DNA from: Octopus vulgaris
Taxonomy: Eukaryota
NCBI GenBank assembly: GCA_951406725.2
Contig: OX597828.1
Span: 43,896,001 to 43,960,000 of the forward strand
Direction of reading: 5' to 3'
Length of the DNA: 64,000 nt
Positions 1 to 13,918 of the stretch are shown here, in pieces. Position numbers and translations under genes: made by a program. The first letter of the stretch is position 1; the number at the start of each line of letters is the position of its first letter. The notes under the pieces are model-generated. The model made no database searches, had not been told where the DNA came from, and saw nothing but the letters and a program-made list of their open reading frames with translations.

Positions 1-37
<37 letters not shown>

Positions 38-514
38 GCATAGACACACACACACACAAGCTAATATATGCCTATGTACATAAATCTAAACAAGCAAGCA
101 TGTATATTGTTTGTTTTTTGTGTTTATGTGAGTGCATGCATGTGTGCGCAAGTGTGTGTATATGTGTGTGTGTGTGCGTGTGTATGTGTGTGTGTGTGTG
201 TGTGTGTTTGTGTCTTTATCCATACCATGTTTAAACAATATCTATACAAATATATTAATACATATTCAGACGGTAGAAAATGAAATATATATTACGATAT
301 AAGCATAATAAAATTTATGTCAATAAGCAGGATATATACTTGTACAGCAATTTGCAAATGTATATTCGTATATGTGTATGTATGTGTGCCCGTGTTTGTA
401 CGGTTGTAGGTATGTATGCGTGTATGTTTACGTATATATAAGGATGGGCACATGTGGGTAAATATCAATATGTTCAAGAGAGGGATGTATTTATATGTAC
501 ATACTTAGTGTATG

Positions 515-546
<32 letters not shown>

Positions 547-604
547 TATATATATATACATATACACACACATATATATATATATATATATATCTGAATA
601 TATG

Positions 605-659
<55 letters not shown>

Positions 660-1299
660 GATAAGAAAATACAGGAAAAACAACAAAAAATATAAGCGTC
701 TTTAATATATATATGCATATATATATACGCATGTATAGGGATAGGGATCAGAGGACCAGAGTGAAAGTAGACGATAGGTAGTTAAAAAGACATACATACG
801 TACAGACAAACATGCAGGTAGGCAGGCAGACAGATAGATAGAATGATATATATACATATATATATATATGCGATGAATACGTATTTAAATAATGCTCTAT
901 AATATGTCTTTTCTGTGTTATTTCATGAGTAAGTGAACCTTGTGTGGAAGACAGACTTTGGCCTTGGTTAGAAACAGTCCTACATGTTTTGTACCGAAAA
1001 TCCATGCTAATATAGTCTTTTTAAAACATTCTCTCTAGTGGCGTCCGTCGGATTTAATTCATTCGCATATAGAGAAGGTCTGTCGCTTTACCAGTGATTA
1101 GCGAAGATAGTAAAGACTGTCTCTCAGTAAGAAAAAACTATTCATACCGGTATCGCTTATTATTACAAAATCGCAGTAATAAATAGAAATTAACGGGGAC
1201 ATACAACCTTAAAGTTTTATCGTGATTTGGAACCTCACTTCAATGCCACACGTCAGATGTATCTATTGTGCTGGAAAAAGGAGTTCGTGGCCATTATCC

Positions 1300-2700
1300 T
1301 ATAATTGCTTGAAAGACTTTTGTTAAACAGAGTCGGAGGTAAAGATTTTTGATGAAACGTCATGTGACTGCAAGGCGTGAAGAATGTAGTGGCGTTGAAA
1401 GATAAATGCTAACAACCTGGAAAAAGAGTTATATTCGTTTGATGAATCAAATACGCATGACCCACTGAAGATGTTGGCTAATATATAATGAACTTGAGTG
1501 TATACAGCGACGAATATGTGCTGAAGTAATGGACGAATGGAGACATCGTAATTTTGAAGGGTTAAAGGAAAACATGATAAACTATATGCCATGTAATATA
1601 GTTGACATGGAATTTTAAAATACAAACAATATAAGCAGTGATGATAGGATTGAAAATATTAAGAACTTGATGAAAGTACATGTAAATGAAACGACCACGG
1701 AAAGATCTGCACTACCTGAAGATTTAGGAGATCAAAAAACAAAATACTTTGATAAGATTAAAATAAATTCTGAACCATTTAGAAAGCAAAAAGCCATACA
1801 ATTTGAAATACATTAACATAGGAAAACTCTTAACTGAAGCAAAAGAAGTTGCTGATGTATTTATGCTTGCTACAGTTACAACAAATATTTGTGACATCTA
1901 CAATTTAATCTTTATTTGGATAGTGCATGCTGGTGAAAGACCGGATGTAACATGTAAGATGTAAAATGTGCAGAGAGGAGAGAACAAATATCGATGGTGG
2001 ATGAAACGGATTAAATTTCACATAAATGCACTTAAAAGAGGCGTCTGCCAGATTGATTGCTGAAACAAAGATATATAAAGGAAACAATGCGATAGATCGT
2101 ACTGTGAATAGATGTACGACATATCTGGGAAGAGTTTAGAGATGAATCAGATCAACCGAGGGCGTTGTGGAAAGTCAATGAAAATAAAGTGTTTTAATGA
2201 AAGCGTAATTCGAAAATAACAGATATGGTGGATTACATTAGATTGTTTTGCGGAATATTTGAGGAGATTCAGTACAATCATTAACGATAAATGCTAAGGA
2301 AGCAATAACATTTTCGATAAGAGTTACTGGGCGTCAGAATATATATAATGAAAATGTAGAAATGTTCAAACTAGCTAGTAATAGAACTAAGCGCGGTGCA
2401 GAGAAACAGTCAGTCTCTGTAGGTTGGATCCTTACCTTGCAGTAAGCAAATAAAGATACAATCGAACTGGAAAGGTTCAGGATCAAATGGAATCCAAGGT
2501 GTTGAGATAGCATATCTGAAATTCTTACATTAACAAAATCTGGAGTCATTTTAATGAATATGTTTAATAAAGTAGCTTAATAGAATATCTTAGGTAATAT
2601 ACAGGTATAATGAAAGGAGAAGCAATGGAAAATTATCGACCTATCACCTGTTTCATAGTGTTATGGAAGTTAGATCATTTATGTCCACCAGAAAAAGACA
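1300..2700 (+). mobile_element. Highly decayed non-LTR retrotransposon ORF remnant (R4/Dong-like RT N-terminal region)
   Basis: Translation gives SNWKGSGSNGIQG at 2462 (cf. NWKAPGPDGIQG) and NYRPITCFIVLWKL at 2631 (cf. NYRPITCL..MWKL), in the expected order but different frames. Many stops. Left boundary uncertain. Confidence 0.7.
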
Positions 2701-3451
2701 TACGGCCCTTTGATTAGTTCCTGTGTTAACAGGATAAAGAGTTCACGTAGGGATATTATCAGGAGAGCCTTATATATATATATATAGAGAGAGAGCGAGA
2801 GAGCGAGAGAGAGAGAGAGAGACAGAGAGAGAGAGAGATTTAGACAGATAGACAGATGAATATCTAGAGGTAATGCAGTACCATCGTTTCATGCGACTCC
2901 ATTTAATTGAATAATTAAAAGGAGTTAAAGGAGTCAATTTAAAGTTTACATCCTTGTTGCTTATTTTGATATATATATATATATGAACATGTAAGAATTT
3001 ATCCATGAAGAGGGAAAGAAGACCCCATTTTCACATTTTCACGGAGAAAAGCCAACGGAAGGAACGAGTTTAGAACCTGAGAACGGTGGATGAAAGCATC
3101 CAGGAATACGGGAAATTTTGAGCAAAGTCTTATGGAAACACATCAGATTAACTGTAACTGTAATTTGACTGCGCTTTCTGTGACAGTGTCACGATTCTGC
3201 CTTTCGAAGGCAAATGGATTGCTCATCTGTTTACACAGTAATTCAATGACTTTATAGTTCGAATGACTGCAAATCTCAATAGCTTTAGGAGAAACAAATC
3301 AACTTCCTCACAAGACAATAGATATACAAGAAAACACCAACTTTCACACACGCACAAGCAATCATATATGCTCACACACACACGTGTTTATGGAAACGCT
3401 ATGTCTATCTACAAATTTATATATGTATACATATAAGCTCATATATAGATC

Positions 3452-3507
<56 letters not shown>

Positions 3508-3675
3508 CGTGTATGCATATAAATATATATATATATATATATTGATATCCATACATATAGACAATTCAAGTAGTGGAACAATAAAATTAATAACTAGACG
3601 TGCACAGTGAATGTGTTAGTTTGACGCTCAGTAACAGGATATGTACGTGTGCATGTGTGCGTGTGCATGTGTGTG

Positions 3676-3740
<65 letters not shown>

Positions 3741-3919
3741 GTGTTTACACAGTACATGCAAAAGAATCACGGACATACGTACGAGATTCACGGTAAAATA
3801 TATGCAAGTAGTTATATAGAAACAGTAAGATATTTACAAAGCAGATAAACATAATAAGATATTTGATAAACGTTCCGAAAGATGGGAATCACAATACAAA
3901 TACATGTACGGACACACAC

Positions 3920-3967
<48 letters not shown>

Positions 3968-4124
3968 ACACACACGCACACACGCACACACACACACTGA
4001 CACGCACATACACATACACATGCATTCAAACACACAGTCACACGAATACACGTAAGATTGTATATGCACGTACGTATGTTTATATACCTGTCTCTCTATA
4101 TGTCTATATATAAATATATGCATG

Positions 4125-4163
<39 letters not shown>

Positions 4164-4190
4164 GTATGCATGTGTATATATATAGAGACA

Positions 4191-4235
<45 letters not shown>

Positions 4236-4301
4236 ATACATATATATATACACAAACATATACATATATACGTATATATGCATATGCATACTCATATATA
4301 T

Positions 4302-4333
<32 letters not shown>

Positions 4334-4336
4334 GTT

Positions 4337-4372
<36 letters not shown>

Positions 4373-4489
4373 AATAAATACATACATATAAATACATATA
4401 AATACGAACTGTCTCCGCTTATATCTGTCGGTAAGTATTTCGTATGTGGTCTCTTTATTAGCTGTATTATATTTCCCCGTTCACTTCAG

Positions 4490-4504
4490 GTATTCTACAA
4501 GATG
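4490..4504 (+). CDS. Possible 15-nt microexon (VFYKM)
   Basis: Acceptor tttccccgttcacttcag and donor gtatgt; length divisible by 3. No homology evidence. Confidence 0.15.
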
Positions 4505-4828
4505 GTATGTAAACAGAAATGAATGACACATTGTGAAGAATATTCTTGTTATTAGTACATAAGATTACCTGCATCTATCTATGAATATAGCCAGCGGTAA
4601 ATCGACATTAGATTTAGAATCGCATTGCTTAGCTCAAATATTTTATATTAGCAACATACAATTCGGTGTCCTTAAAACCTGTTTGTTTTCGGCGTATGTA
4701 TGCTTCTATGTCTACGTGTGGCTCTGATAGATATTTTTCCTGCTGTTTTCTTTTCATATCTAGCTTTTCTACTTCTGCCCTGATTTTTTGGGGTTGTTTT
4801 TTTCTGTTTTCTTTTTTGTCATCCTTAG

Positions 4829-4867
4829 GAAGTTACTGAAGAATATGACTTAGCTGATTCTAGTAGT
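4829..4867 (+). CDS. Possible 39-nt exon (EVTEEYDLADSSS)
   Basis: Long polypyrimidine tract ending ccttag, donor gtaaga, open in phase 0. No homology evidence. Confidence 0.22.
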
Positions 4868-4914
4868 GTAAGAAAAAAACATGCACGTGGACACAAAAGC
4901 GCTCACATACACAA

Positions 4915-4959
<45 letters not shown>

Positions 4960-5037
4960 TATGTATATGCATATATGTATATGTGTATGTATGCGTGTGT
5001 GAGTATATATATAAATATATCACATACGTATATATAT

Positions 5038-5184
5038 TCTTTTATTCTGTTATTCTTTTAGCTGTTTTAGTCATATGGATACGGCTCTGCTGGAGCACGG
5101 CCTTTATTCGAACGTGTCGACACCAAGACTTATTCTTTAGAAGCCTAGAACTTATCGTATCGGATTTGCTTTTGCCGAACCGCT

Positions 5185-5218
<34 letters not shown>

Positions 5219-5357
5219 CACGGGCTTCTTTCAGTTTCAGTCTACTAAATCCACTCACAAGGCTTTGGTCGGCCCGAGGCTATACTAGAAGACACTTGCC
5301 CAAGGTGTCACACAGTGGGACTGAACCCATGCTTATCATACAGCCACAACTGCGCCT
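5038..5357 (-). mobile_element. SINE family A (tRNA-like head, CORE-like centre, internal microsatellite, 3' tail)
   Basis: Matches the 10822-11221 copy (gaagacacttgcccaagg, gggactgaaccc, gctggagcac). Confidence 0.85.
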
Positions 5358-5368
5358 ATATATATGTA

Positions 5369-5403
<35 letters not shown>

Positions 5404-5485
5404 ATAAATATTAGGGAATAAATCCAAATTTACAAGGAAAAATCAGATTAAGATTGAATCCAATTTTATAGTAAAATATTATATT

Positions 5486-5756
<271 letters not shown>

Positions 5757-5886
5757 TCAAATGCACAGACATAAAGTATGTTATACTCAAATATATGCAT
5801 ATCTTATCATACATATATATATATCTTTGTATGTATGAATGCATGTATGTATGTGTGTATTTCTCATATGAGAGGGACAGAGAAAA

Positions 5887-5953
<67 letters not shown>

Positions 5954-5962
5954 CATATATAT

Positions 5963-6705
5963 ACAGGTGCAATGGGTAAATTGTTGCCACTATACATTTT
6001 ATCACGCGCATGCGCGTTGCTTATTTTCGATTTTGTCGACCACACACTATAGTAATGGTCATTGGGCACCGTCTGTGAAAAAACCAGCACTATGATGCCA
6101 TTCACTATGGCAGAAATCTGGAAACGACATGCTGTATGCCGGACGATCCTGTACGAACATCTCAGAATGTTTGGGTGTCACTCTGGGGACAATGTAATCC
6201 GAAAACATGTACCAAGAGTGATAACAATGAAACATCCAGTCAACATCATAGCGTTTGGGGGGAGCACTAGTGATGGCGAGGTTATGTGTACCTTCATCTT
6301 CCCACACGGCCTCAGATTCAAGTGCCTTTGCTCAAAAGGGTGACTGCTGGAAGACCCAGTGTCTAGCAACAGGACTCTGCACTATGTCACACAAGCTAGA
6401 GAACCCAGTCGTGGCTTTCAGACAATTTCTGTAACCACATCACATCTAACATCTGACCACCTAACTCCTCAGACTGAAACCCCCTTGATTATTATGTGTG
6501 GGGCGCAGTTGAGCGAGAGGCCAATAAAACTCCCTGTAACACCAACGATAAACTTAAGGCAAGGACTATGACAGCATTCACCAACTTAAACAAGGAGACT
6601 TTCCAGAAGAGTTGCAGGAAACTCCGAAGTTGCCTGGAGCCAATGAAGATTTTATTGAATAACTTTACTCGATAGTATTTCAAGATATTTTTATGTAAAT
6701 TTGGT
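5963..6705 (+). mobile_element. Decayed Tc1/mariner-superfamily transposon, DD37D (maT-type) transposase remnant
   Basis: KHPVNIIAFGGSTSDGEVMCTFIFPHGLRF, then from 6361 V*QQDSALCHTS*RTQSWLSDNFCNHITSNI*PPNSSD*NPLDYYVWGAVERE. 37 codons lie between D(6373) and D(6487). Begins ta|cagg after a (TA)n run. Confidence 0.88.
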
Positions 6706-6707
6706 AA

Positions 6708-6711
<4 letters not shown>

Positions 6712-6740
<29 letters not shown>

Positions 6741-6862
6741 TGTATGTATGTATGTATGTATGTATGTATGCATGTATGTATGTATGTATGTATGTATGTA
6801 TGTATGTATGTATGTATGTATGTATGTATGTATGTATGTATGTATGTATGTATGCATGTATG
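6712..6862. repeat. (TATG)n microsatellite
   Basis: Direct observation. Confidence 0.98.
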
Positions 6863-6864
6863 TA

Positions 6865-7050
6865 ATGATAGATCGTTAGCTACTACACGCATTTTTTTCT
6901 CTCCGCGTTTCTCTCCTTGTTTTTTTCTGTCGAAGAGCGTAGGTTCGAAACGTAAAAGACTTTTTCTATTCCTCAGCGTTATACTAATACATTTGTTTGT
7001 TTGTACTTCACTTGCCTTCGTCTTTTGTTTATTTTCGTAAACTTTCCCTT
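6865..7050 (+). mobile_element. Short microsatellite-embedded repeat with hammerhead-like motif (Penelope-like pLTR candidate)
   Basis: Related fragments at 50880-50970 (-) and 51927-51997 (+). Contains ctgtcga-a-gagc-gtag-gttc-gaaac-gta. Confidence 0.55.
6922..6959 (+). ncRNA. Minimal type-I hammerhead-like motif, core variant CUGUCGA
   Basis: Stem I UUUUU/AAAGA, stem II GAGC/GUUC, GAAAC-GUA. Confidence 0.45.
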
Positions 7051-7794
7051 TATATATGTATGTATGTATGTATAACCACATTCGTCCTCCGTGCCATGGA
7101 AGATGATGAGGTTAGTAGTTTTATTCTCTGTCGGTTCTGAAGTGGCTGTTAGTGTCAATATTAGCATCCGTGTTTACAACGAATTTATGTAAAAGCAGGA
7201 TCTTGACCCGTTAGAAATTTTGCATTCCTTGTAACCCCCCTCCCTTTAGTTTCTTTGATTCTTTCTGATTCTGCACATTGTACCCCTGATTACGCAGCTC
7301 TATGCTGCAGTGAGCGACCTTTTGTAAGATTTTCCGAACCAGGCCATTCTAGGTAGCATTTTTTTCAAGCTTGTCTTAAGAGTCGTGGTGTCTCCTATTT
7401 GGTTCGCATCTGACCGATATCCCACCGTTAGTTCACTAAACTGACTCGTTTATAGCTTCTCGAGTCAGGCATGGGCGCTATATATCCATTCCGTCGCAGT
7501 TGGCATTCTTTAGGGAAAGCATACACGCTTGATGTGTTCGCTCTCTCTAGCACAGGAATATTATGAAATTTATCCTGTCATTTAATGGTGAGAAATTTTC
7601 GCTGACAGGTTTGGTGGAAGTGCTAACATTTCATATCCATGTTACACTGTAGTCGCCACAAAGCTTTGTAAATATGTGTTTTAGTGTGTCAGAGAAAGGG
7701 AGAATATGTGTGTGAGGATATAAGCGTACAAAGATACAACGAGAGAGACTGATGTTATGTTTTAATAAATATGTAATATATTGGTTTCAAAACC

Positions 7795-8185
7795 AGTAAT
7801 TTCAGCCATTACACTGCAGCCATGCAAGTGAGGTAGTGGGGTGGAGTTGGAAGTGCACTGGTTTGAATTGTTTAAGTTAAATAAACTGTAGTGGTCAGTT
7901 GAAAGTCTGGTACGTGTTCTAACGATTTCCTTTGCCGATCTACGGAATGGCAGTAAACGAACCAAAAACTATTGTCAAGCCGTAGTGAAACAAATACAGA
8001 CACGCGCGTGCATACATATGCACATGCACATAAGCAGACAGACAAATATGCTTACACATGCACACACAGACATAAGTGCGACGGGTTCTTTCAGTTTCCA
8101 TTTGCCATAAGGATTTGGACGGCTCGAAGTTATACGAGAAAACACTTGTCCAAACTGCCAGGCAATGGAACTGAACAAGGAACTA
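7795..8185 (-). mobile_element. SINE family A, old diverged copy
   Basis: gacgggttctttcagtttcc...aaacacttgtccaa...ggaactgaac head, plus a degenerate tail (tttgccgatc, cagccatgc). Confidence 0.6.
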
Positions 8186-8302
8186 TCTATCTATATATCT
8201 ATCTATCTACCTATCTATCTATCTATCTATCCATCTATTAATATATCGACCCCTCTATCTTTCCCTCTCTCTCTCTCTCTTTAGTTATATATACACACAC
8301 AC

Positions 8303-8375
<73 letters not shown>

Positions 8376-8399
8376 CATACACACAAAAGCATACGCATG

Positions 8400-8441
<42 letters not shown>

Positions 8442-8942
8442 GAAACTTATACACAGAGACATGTGCGCGGAAAATAACATTCATATACAAATACACATAT
8501 ACATGAGTGCGCGTGAGTTTGTGTCGGTGTATTTTATTTGCGTCCGCTATCAACAGAGACAAGTATATCAACGGATTTGTTCAATACATATTAAAACAAG
8601 ATGATCCGCTTTTAAGCCACAAACACAAAAAAAAAAAAAAAAATTATTTTCAAGAAGTACGCAATGAAATATCTAAAAGCAAAATAAAACTCGTGCGGTT
8701 GACTGGCATCAGTGAAATAGTTCGGGTTGTCATTCCTTCTACACCAATTCACGTAACATGTTCTCCACACAGCCATTAACATGAACAGTTACAAATGTAA
8801 AATAAGTAAAACAAGATGGAATAAAATAGAGCTTTCCGAAAACCGGCAAGATGTGACGATAGTCCACCCAGCGTTCGTTGCGTGTTTTTGTATGCCTATC
8901 AGTACATATGCATAAACATATCCTAACAAATCCTACATAGAC

Positions 8943-8987
<45 letters not shown>

Positions 8988-9011
8988 CATACATATATAT
9001 ATGTGTGTGTG

Positions 9012-9071
<60 letters not shown>

Positions 9072-9284
9072 TATATTATATATATATATATACATATATA
9101 TATTTATATATATATATATACATATACATGAATACATATATATATATATATATATATATATGGATATTTAAATATATATGTGTGTGTATGTGTAGATAAA
9201 TAAATGAACGTATAGCTATATGTAAATACATACATATATGCATATATATATACATATCTGTGTATACATACATGTATATACATG

Positions 9285-9344
<60 letters not shown>

Positions 9345-9976
9345 GTAAGTATATATATATATGTATAATATATATATGCTGGTGCCTCTGTGTGTCTATG
9401 TCAGTATAATATAAATTAAAGACATTTGTACATATTTACTTTCCAGTCCAGTGCATTCGTACGTTTAAACACATGTATGCCTCATCCTGAATATACGTAA
9501 GCCTCGGGCGAACAGAGGAATAAAAAAACAACTGTGACATGCTCGCTTTTACATATTAAGAAAGTCAATGCGTGGGTTAGAAGATACACAGAAGTACACA
9601 CACGCACGCACACAGGCGCGGGTATAGTGTACCTTCGTGATATGTGGGTGGGTGTGTGGACCAAAGAGAAATGAAAGTAGGAGTTGGTAGCCATTTTTTA
9701 TTCATGTATCTCTCGAAGATATTTGTGTCTGTAATGAGGAGGAAAAAAAAAACCCTAACTAAAATTTAATCAAATGAAACTGATGCGGACCCGTATATAG
9801 AAACCGTGCCGACGCTGATTAAACTTAATTGATTGAATGCTTTCAGGCATATATATATACACACACATATATATGCACAAATGCCTGCATATATATATAC
9901 ACTTACATTTGCGCTCATGCTATCAAATATGTATATGTCGTTATAGAGATACATAAATATATATGTATGAATATGA

Positions 9977-10079
<103 letters not shown>

Positions 10080-10100
10080 TGCACATATACATATATACGA

Positions 10101-10455
10101 AGGCGACAAACCGGCAGACTCGTTACCACTTCGGGCGAAATGCTTAGCGGTATTTTGTCTGCCGTTACATTCTGAGTTCAAATTCTACCGAGGTCGACTT
10201 TGCCTTTTATCCTTTCGGGGTCGATATAATCGACTTAATCTGTTTTTCTGTCATTGTTTGTCCTCTGTCTGTTTAGCCCACTGTGGGTAGTACAGAAATA
10301 GATATTTCATCCGCCGCTGCGTTCTGGGTACAAATTCCGCCGAGGTCGACTTTGCTTTTCATCCTTTCAGGGTCGATAAATTCAGTACCATTAAAACACT
10401 GGCGTCATTATAATCGACATTCTCCACTCCTCTAAATTGCAGGCCTTGTGCTTAA
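10101..10455 (+). mobile_element. SINE family B (tRNA-like head, Meta-domain-like centre), partially dimeric copy
   Basis: B-box gagttcaaattc followed by gtcgactttgcc(t)tttcatcctttcggggtcgataaa, present twice. Confidence 0.85.
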
Positions 10456-10460
10456 AGTTG

Positions 10461-10707
10461 AAACTGAAAATTCCTGGGACCTAAAATCATGCTATGTACT
10501 TTTACTAGAAAAATGCTAAATTTTCCCTTAGATCAGTCAAGAGCATTTACTCCTTCACTCCACAAAGTCCGCTATTGTAAAAAAATTACGAAATCCCCTG
10601 TCTTCGGACTTGAGGGAGTAAATACCCTTGATTGATCTCGGCGATAATTTAGCATTTTTCTAGTATTCAAATATGGCAAAATATTAATTCTCAGGCATTT
10701 TCAGTTT
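10461..10707. mobile_element. Foldback/MITE-like element with long imperfect inverted arms
   Basis: aaactgaaaattcctggga pairs with tctcaggcattttcagttt; tactagaaaaatgctaaatt...tttactccttca pairs with tgagggagtaaa...aatttagcatttttctagta. Confidence 0.8.
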
Positions 10708-10764
10708 TTACAATTTTTTATTTTCACTCCACTCTGGTATGTATCATATGTACTTATGTATCGA

Positions 10765-10809
<45 letters not shown>

Positions 10810-10821
10810 ATATGTGTATAT

Positions 10822-11221
10822 CTCTTTTACTCTTTTACTCTTTTACTTGTTTCAGTCATTTGACTGTGGCCATGCTGGAGCACCACCTTTAGTCGAGCAA
10901 ATCGAGCCCGGGGCTTATTCTTTGTAAGCCCAGTACTTATTCTATCGGTCTCTTTTGCCGAACCGCTAAGTGTCGGGGACGTAAACACACCAACATCGGT
11001 TGTCAAGCAATGCTAGGGGGACAAACACAGACACAAACATACATACACATATATTTATACATATATACGACGGGCTTCTTTCAGTTTCCGTCTACCAAAT
11101 CCACTCACAAGGCCCGAGGCTATAGTAGAAGACACTTGCCCAAGATGCCACGCAGTGGGACTGAACCCGGAACCATGTGGTTGGTAAGCAAGCTACTTAC
11201 CACAAAGCCACTCCTGCGCCT
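10822..11221 (-). mobile_element. SINE family A, near full-length
   Basis: On the - strand: aggcgcaggagtggctttgtggtaag (A-box), ggttcagtccc (B-box), cttgggcaagtgtcttct, internal TA/TG tract, tail ending (taaaagag)3. Confidence 0.92.
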
Positions 11222-11921
11222 ATAAATGTATACCCGTTTAATTTTCTTAAGGCAAAAGCCTCCGAATAAATATTCAGAAATATTAAATATGAAATATGAA
11301 AAATTATTACCAGTTGAGCGTGTGAGGTACAGAAACATGAGTTGGAAGTCCCCAAAATCTTTTCTTGAATACACCAAATCATCGTATTTTTAGATGCTCT
11401 AGATAATTAAACAGTGATTGATTTCCGGATTTGTTTCAATACATATGTTTATATTCACGTCATCTAATAGAAATTTGTTAAATGTATATATGAAGAGGAG
11501 AGGAGCGCCCGGAGGGCGGTTCTTCTCAAATAATGCATTTTCAGGTTCAACGCATTTCAAATAAGTACTGACAATTGAAGGTGATTGCAAAGACAAAGAA
11601 CTACCTGCTGTAACAGTGAGAACATCGGACAAAACATGTTATTGACATATACAGCTGGTACTTCAGTTAATAGCAGTTGAGAGCTGCATAATCCATGTTT
11701 CGTTTTACTCAGAGATTTAAAAGGCATACTTAAATTTTATTATTTTCTATAACCTGGGAAATGCCGAATTATTAACGTATAAAGTTGGTATCTCAGCCAC
11801 TAGGAGGTGAGACCTGAGTAGTCTATATTTCATGTTAGTTAGAGATCTAAAAGGCATTTTTAAATTTCATTATTTTCATGCCTTGTGAGATGAAAAATGC
11901 TGCATTATTTTAAGATACATC

Positions 11922-12100
11922 AATGCGGTGAGGTAGCAGAATCCTCAGTACGCCGGGCGAAATGTTTAGCGGGATTTCGTCCGTCTTTACATTCTGAGTT
12001 AAAATTTCGATGAGGTTGACTTTACCATTTATCCTTAGATTGGATAAAATAAGTACAAGTCAAGCACCGGTGTCCATGTATTCAACTTACCTGCTCCCTG
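11922..12100 (+). mobile_element. SINE family B, diverged
   Basis: agcagaatcctcagtacgccgggcgaaatg...ctgagttaaaattt...gataaaataagtac. Confidence 0.8.
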
Positions 12101-12391
12101 AAGTCTGCCAGTTCACTACCTTAATACAAGTTTATATTATTAGTTCCTACACGCATTGGTTGTCCCAAGTGCATTTGGATGGTTAACGAGAACGGATCAG
12201 TGGAATAGTGTCCATTCGCTTTGTATATCATAACTAGTAAATACTATCCTCCGTGTGAAAAGCCTGGCTGCATACACGTTAGCATATGTCAGGTACATAC
12301 AATTGACAACACAGTTAATTAAGATTTATTCAGTGAGTTCTATTCAACACATGTTTACACGTGGAATTAGAAGAATCATTATTAACTTTCG

Positions 12392-12718
12392 ATGGCTCGC
12401 AGGCGAGGTGAACAAATTAGTGAGAGAGATACACTGACAATACTTCTACGCTACCAGCAAATTAAAGATGAGGTCGCAAATGAAACAGTGAGTGATCTTT
12501 GCAATGCCTTTCAAGTAGACAGCAATATACCATCGTTAATTTATAAAATCGCAACTCTTCGTGGAACAATACAGCCAAAACAGCGTTCTGGGCGACCAAG
12601 CCTTGTCAAAAATGCTGCTATGCAAGAAAGAATGGTCAATGCTATTCGTGAAAGGCGTACTGCAACCAGTAGACAACTTGGTAGAAACAACATCAAACTC
12701 GTGTTCGGCGTCAAATAG
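12392..12718 (+). pseudogene. Truncated Tc1-like transposase N-terminus (DNA-binding region)
   Basis: 108-aa ORF with KQRSGRP (GRPR-like linker) followed by AIRERRTATSRQL; no catalytic domain. Confidence 0.7.
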
Positions 12719-12719
12719 T

Positions 12720-12922
12720 TGACTGTCCTGGTACTTAATTTATCGACACCGAAAGGATGGAAGATAAAGTCGACCTCGGCAGAATTTGAACGCAGAACGT
12801 AGCCTCAGCGAAATACCTATCTCTTTACTACCCATAAGGGGCTAAACACACAGAGGACAAACCAGGACAGAAAAACAGATTAATTCGATTATATAGACCC
12901 CCGTACGTAATTGGTACTTAAC
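12720..12922 (-). mobile_element. SINE family B fragment inside the Tc1 remnant
   Basis: ctggtacttaatttatcgacaccgaaaggatg...gtcgacctcggcagaatttgaac. Confidence 0.85.
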
Positions 12923-13621
12923 AGGTTCGTGTAATAAATTTTGTGTTTATATTTGTTTCATAATATATATTTGTTCGAATGCAGCCAGACTTTTCACACA
13001 GTAAGGAATTAACACATAGTAAGGAAATAATTAAACGCTATACCGAAACATACCGGAAAATGGTGACCTACGAAAAACACTAAACAGAACAGAGTAGTCA
13101 TGTATCCATTTCTATATGCAAAATATTGCTATGTGGTTGAGTGTATGTGTGTGCATGTGTATGTTTGTTTCGGTGTGAGGTGTGTATGTGGGGAGGGTGA
13201 TTGCATGCGTGCAGGGATGTTCTGGTAAGCAGTCCATTTCACATAAATGTTCCCCGAGTGATTGATAAATGCTTATTTAAGATTTTCACTGAAAACCTAA
13301 TTGAGATGGATATAATGGAATAGTTGTCATCTTATATCATATAGGTGTGTATATGTATGTGTGTGTAAATATATATATATATATATATATGTATATCTGC
13401 ATATAAGCATATTTGTAATCAGATATACAGATATGGGTACTTTTATATCTGAGTACATACATATATACATACTTATGTATATATATATATTCATATATAT
13501 ATGTATGTATGCATGTACATATGTATGTATGCATGTATGCAAGTATGTATGCATGTATGTTTATGCATCTATATGTATATATATATATGTATACATATAT
13601 GCATATGTATGTATATATATG

Positions 13622-13662
<41 letters not shown>

Positions 13663-13668
13663 AGATAG

Positions 13669-13702
<34 letters not shown>

Positions 13703-13855
13703 CTGTATGTATTCATACATATACATACATACACGCGCGTGCGTGTATATATTCTCACATCATTCTTTATACTTTCCCAACAAAGACTGGTGTTAAATCA
13801 ATAAAAACCTAACATATATTTATTCTATTAACTTCTGTATTTTCTGTCCGAATAG

Positions 13856-13918
13856 ACATCGTTCCTTAATGCAACATTTTGCCTACAGCATCCGGAATGT
13901 ATGACTGATGCTTGTAAG
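13856..13918 (+). CDS. Possible 63-nt exon (TSFLNATFCLQHPECMTDACK)
   Basis: Acceptor ttctgtattttctgtccgaatag, donor AAG|gtaatg, open in phase 0. No homology evidence. Confidence 0.15.

Larger units (their letters stand above)
12251..13001 (+). mobile_element. Internally deleted Tc1-type transposon with terminal inverted repeats
   Basis: ccgtgtgaaaagcctggctgca (12251-12272) is inverted relative to tgcagccagacttttcacacag (12980-13001), followed by TA. Internal ORF resembles a transposase N-terminus. Confidence 0.8.
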
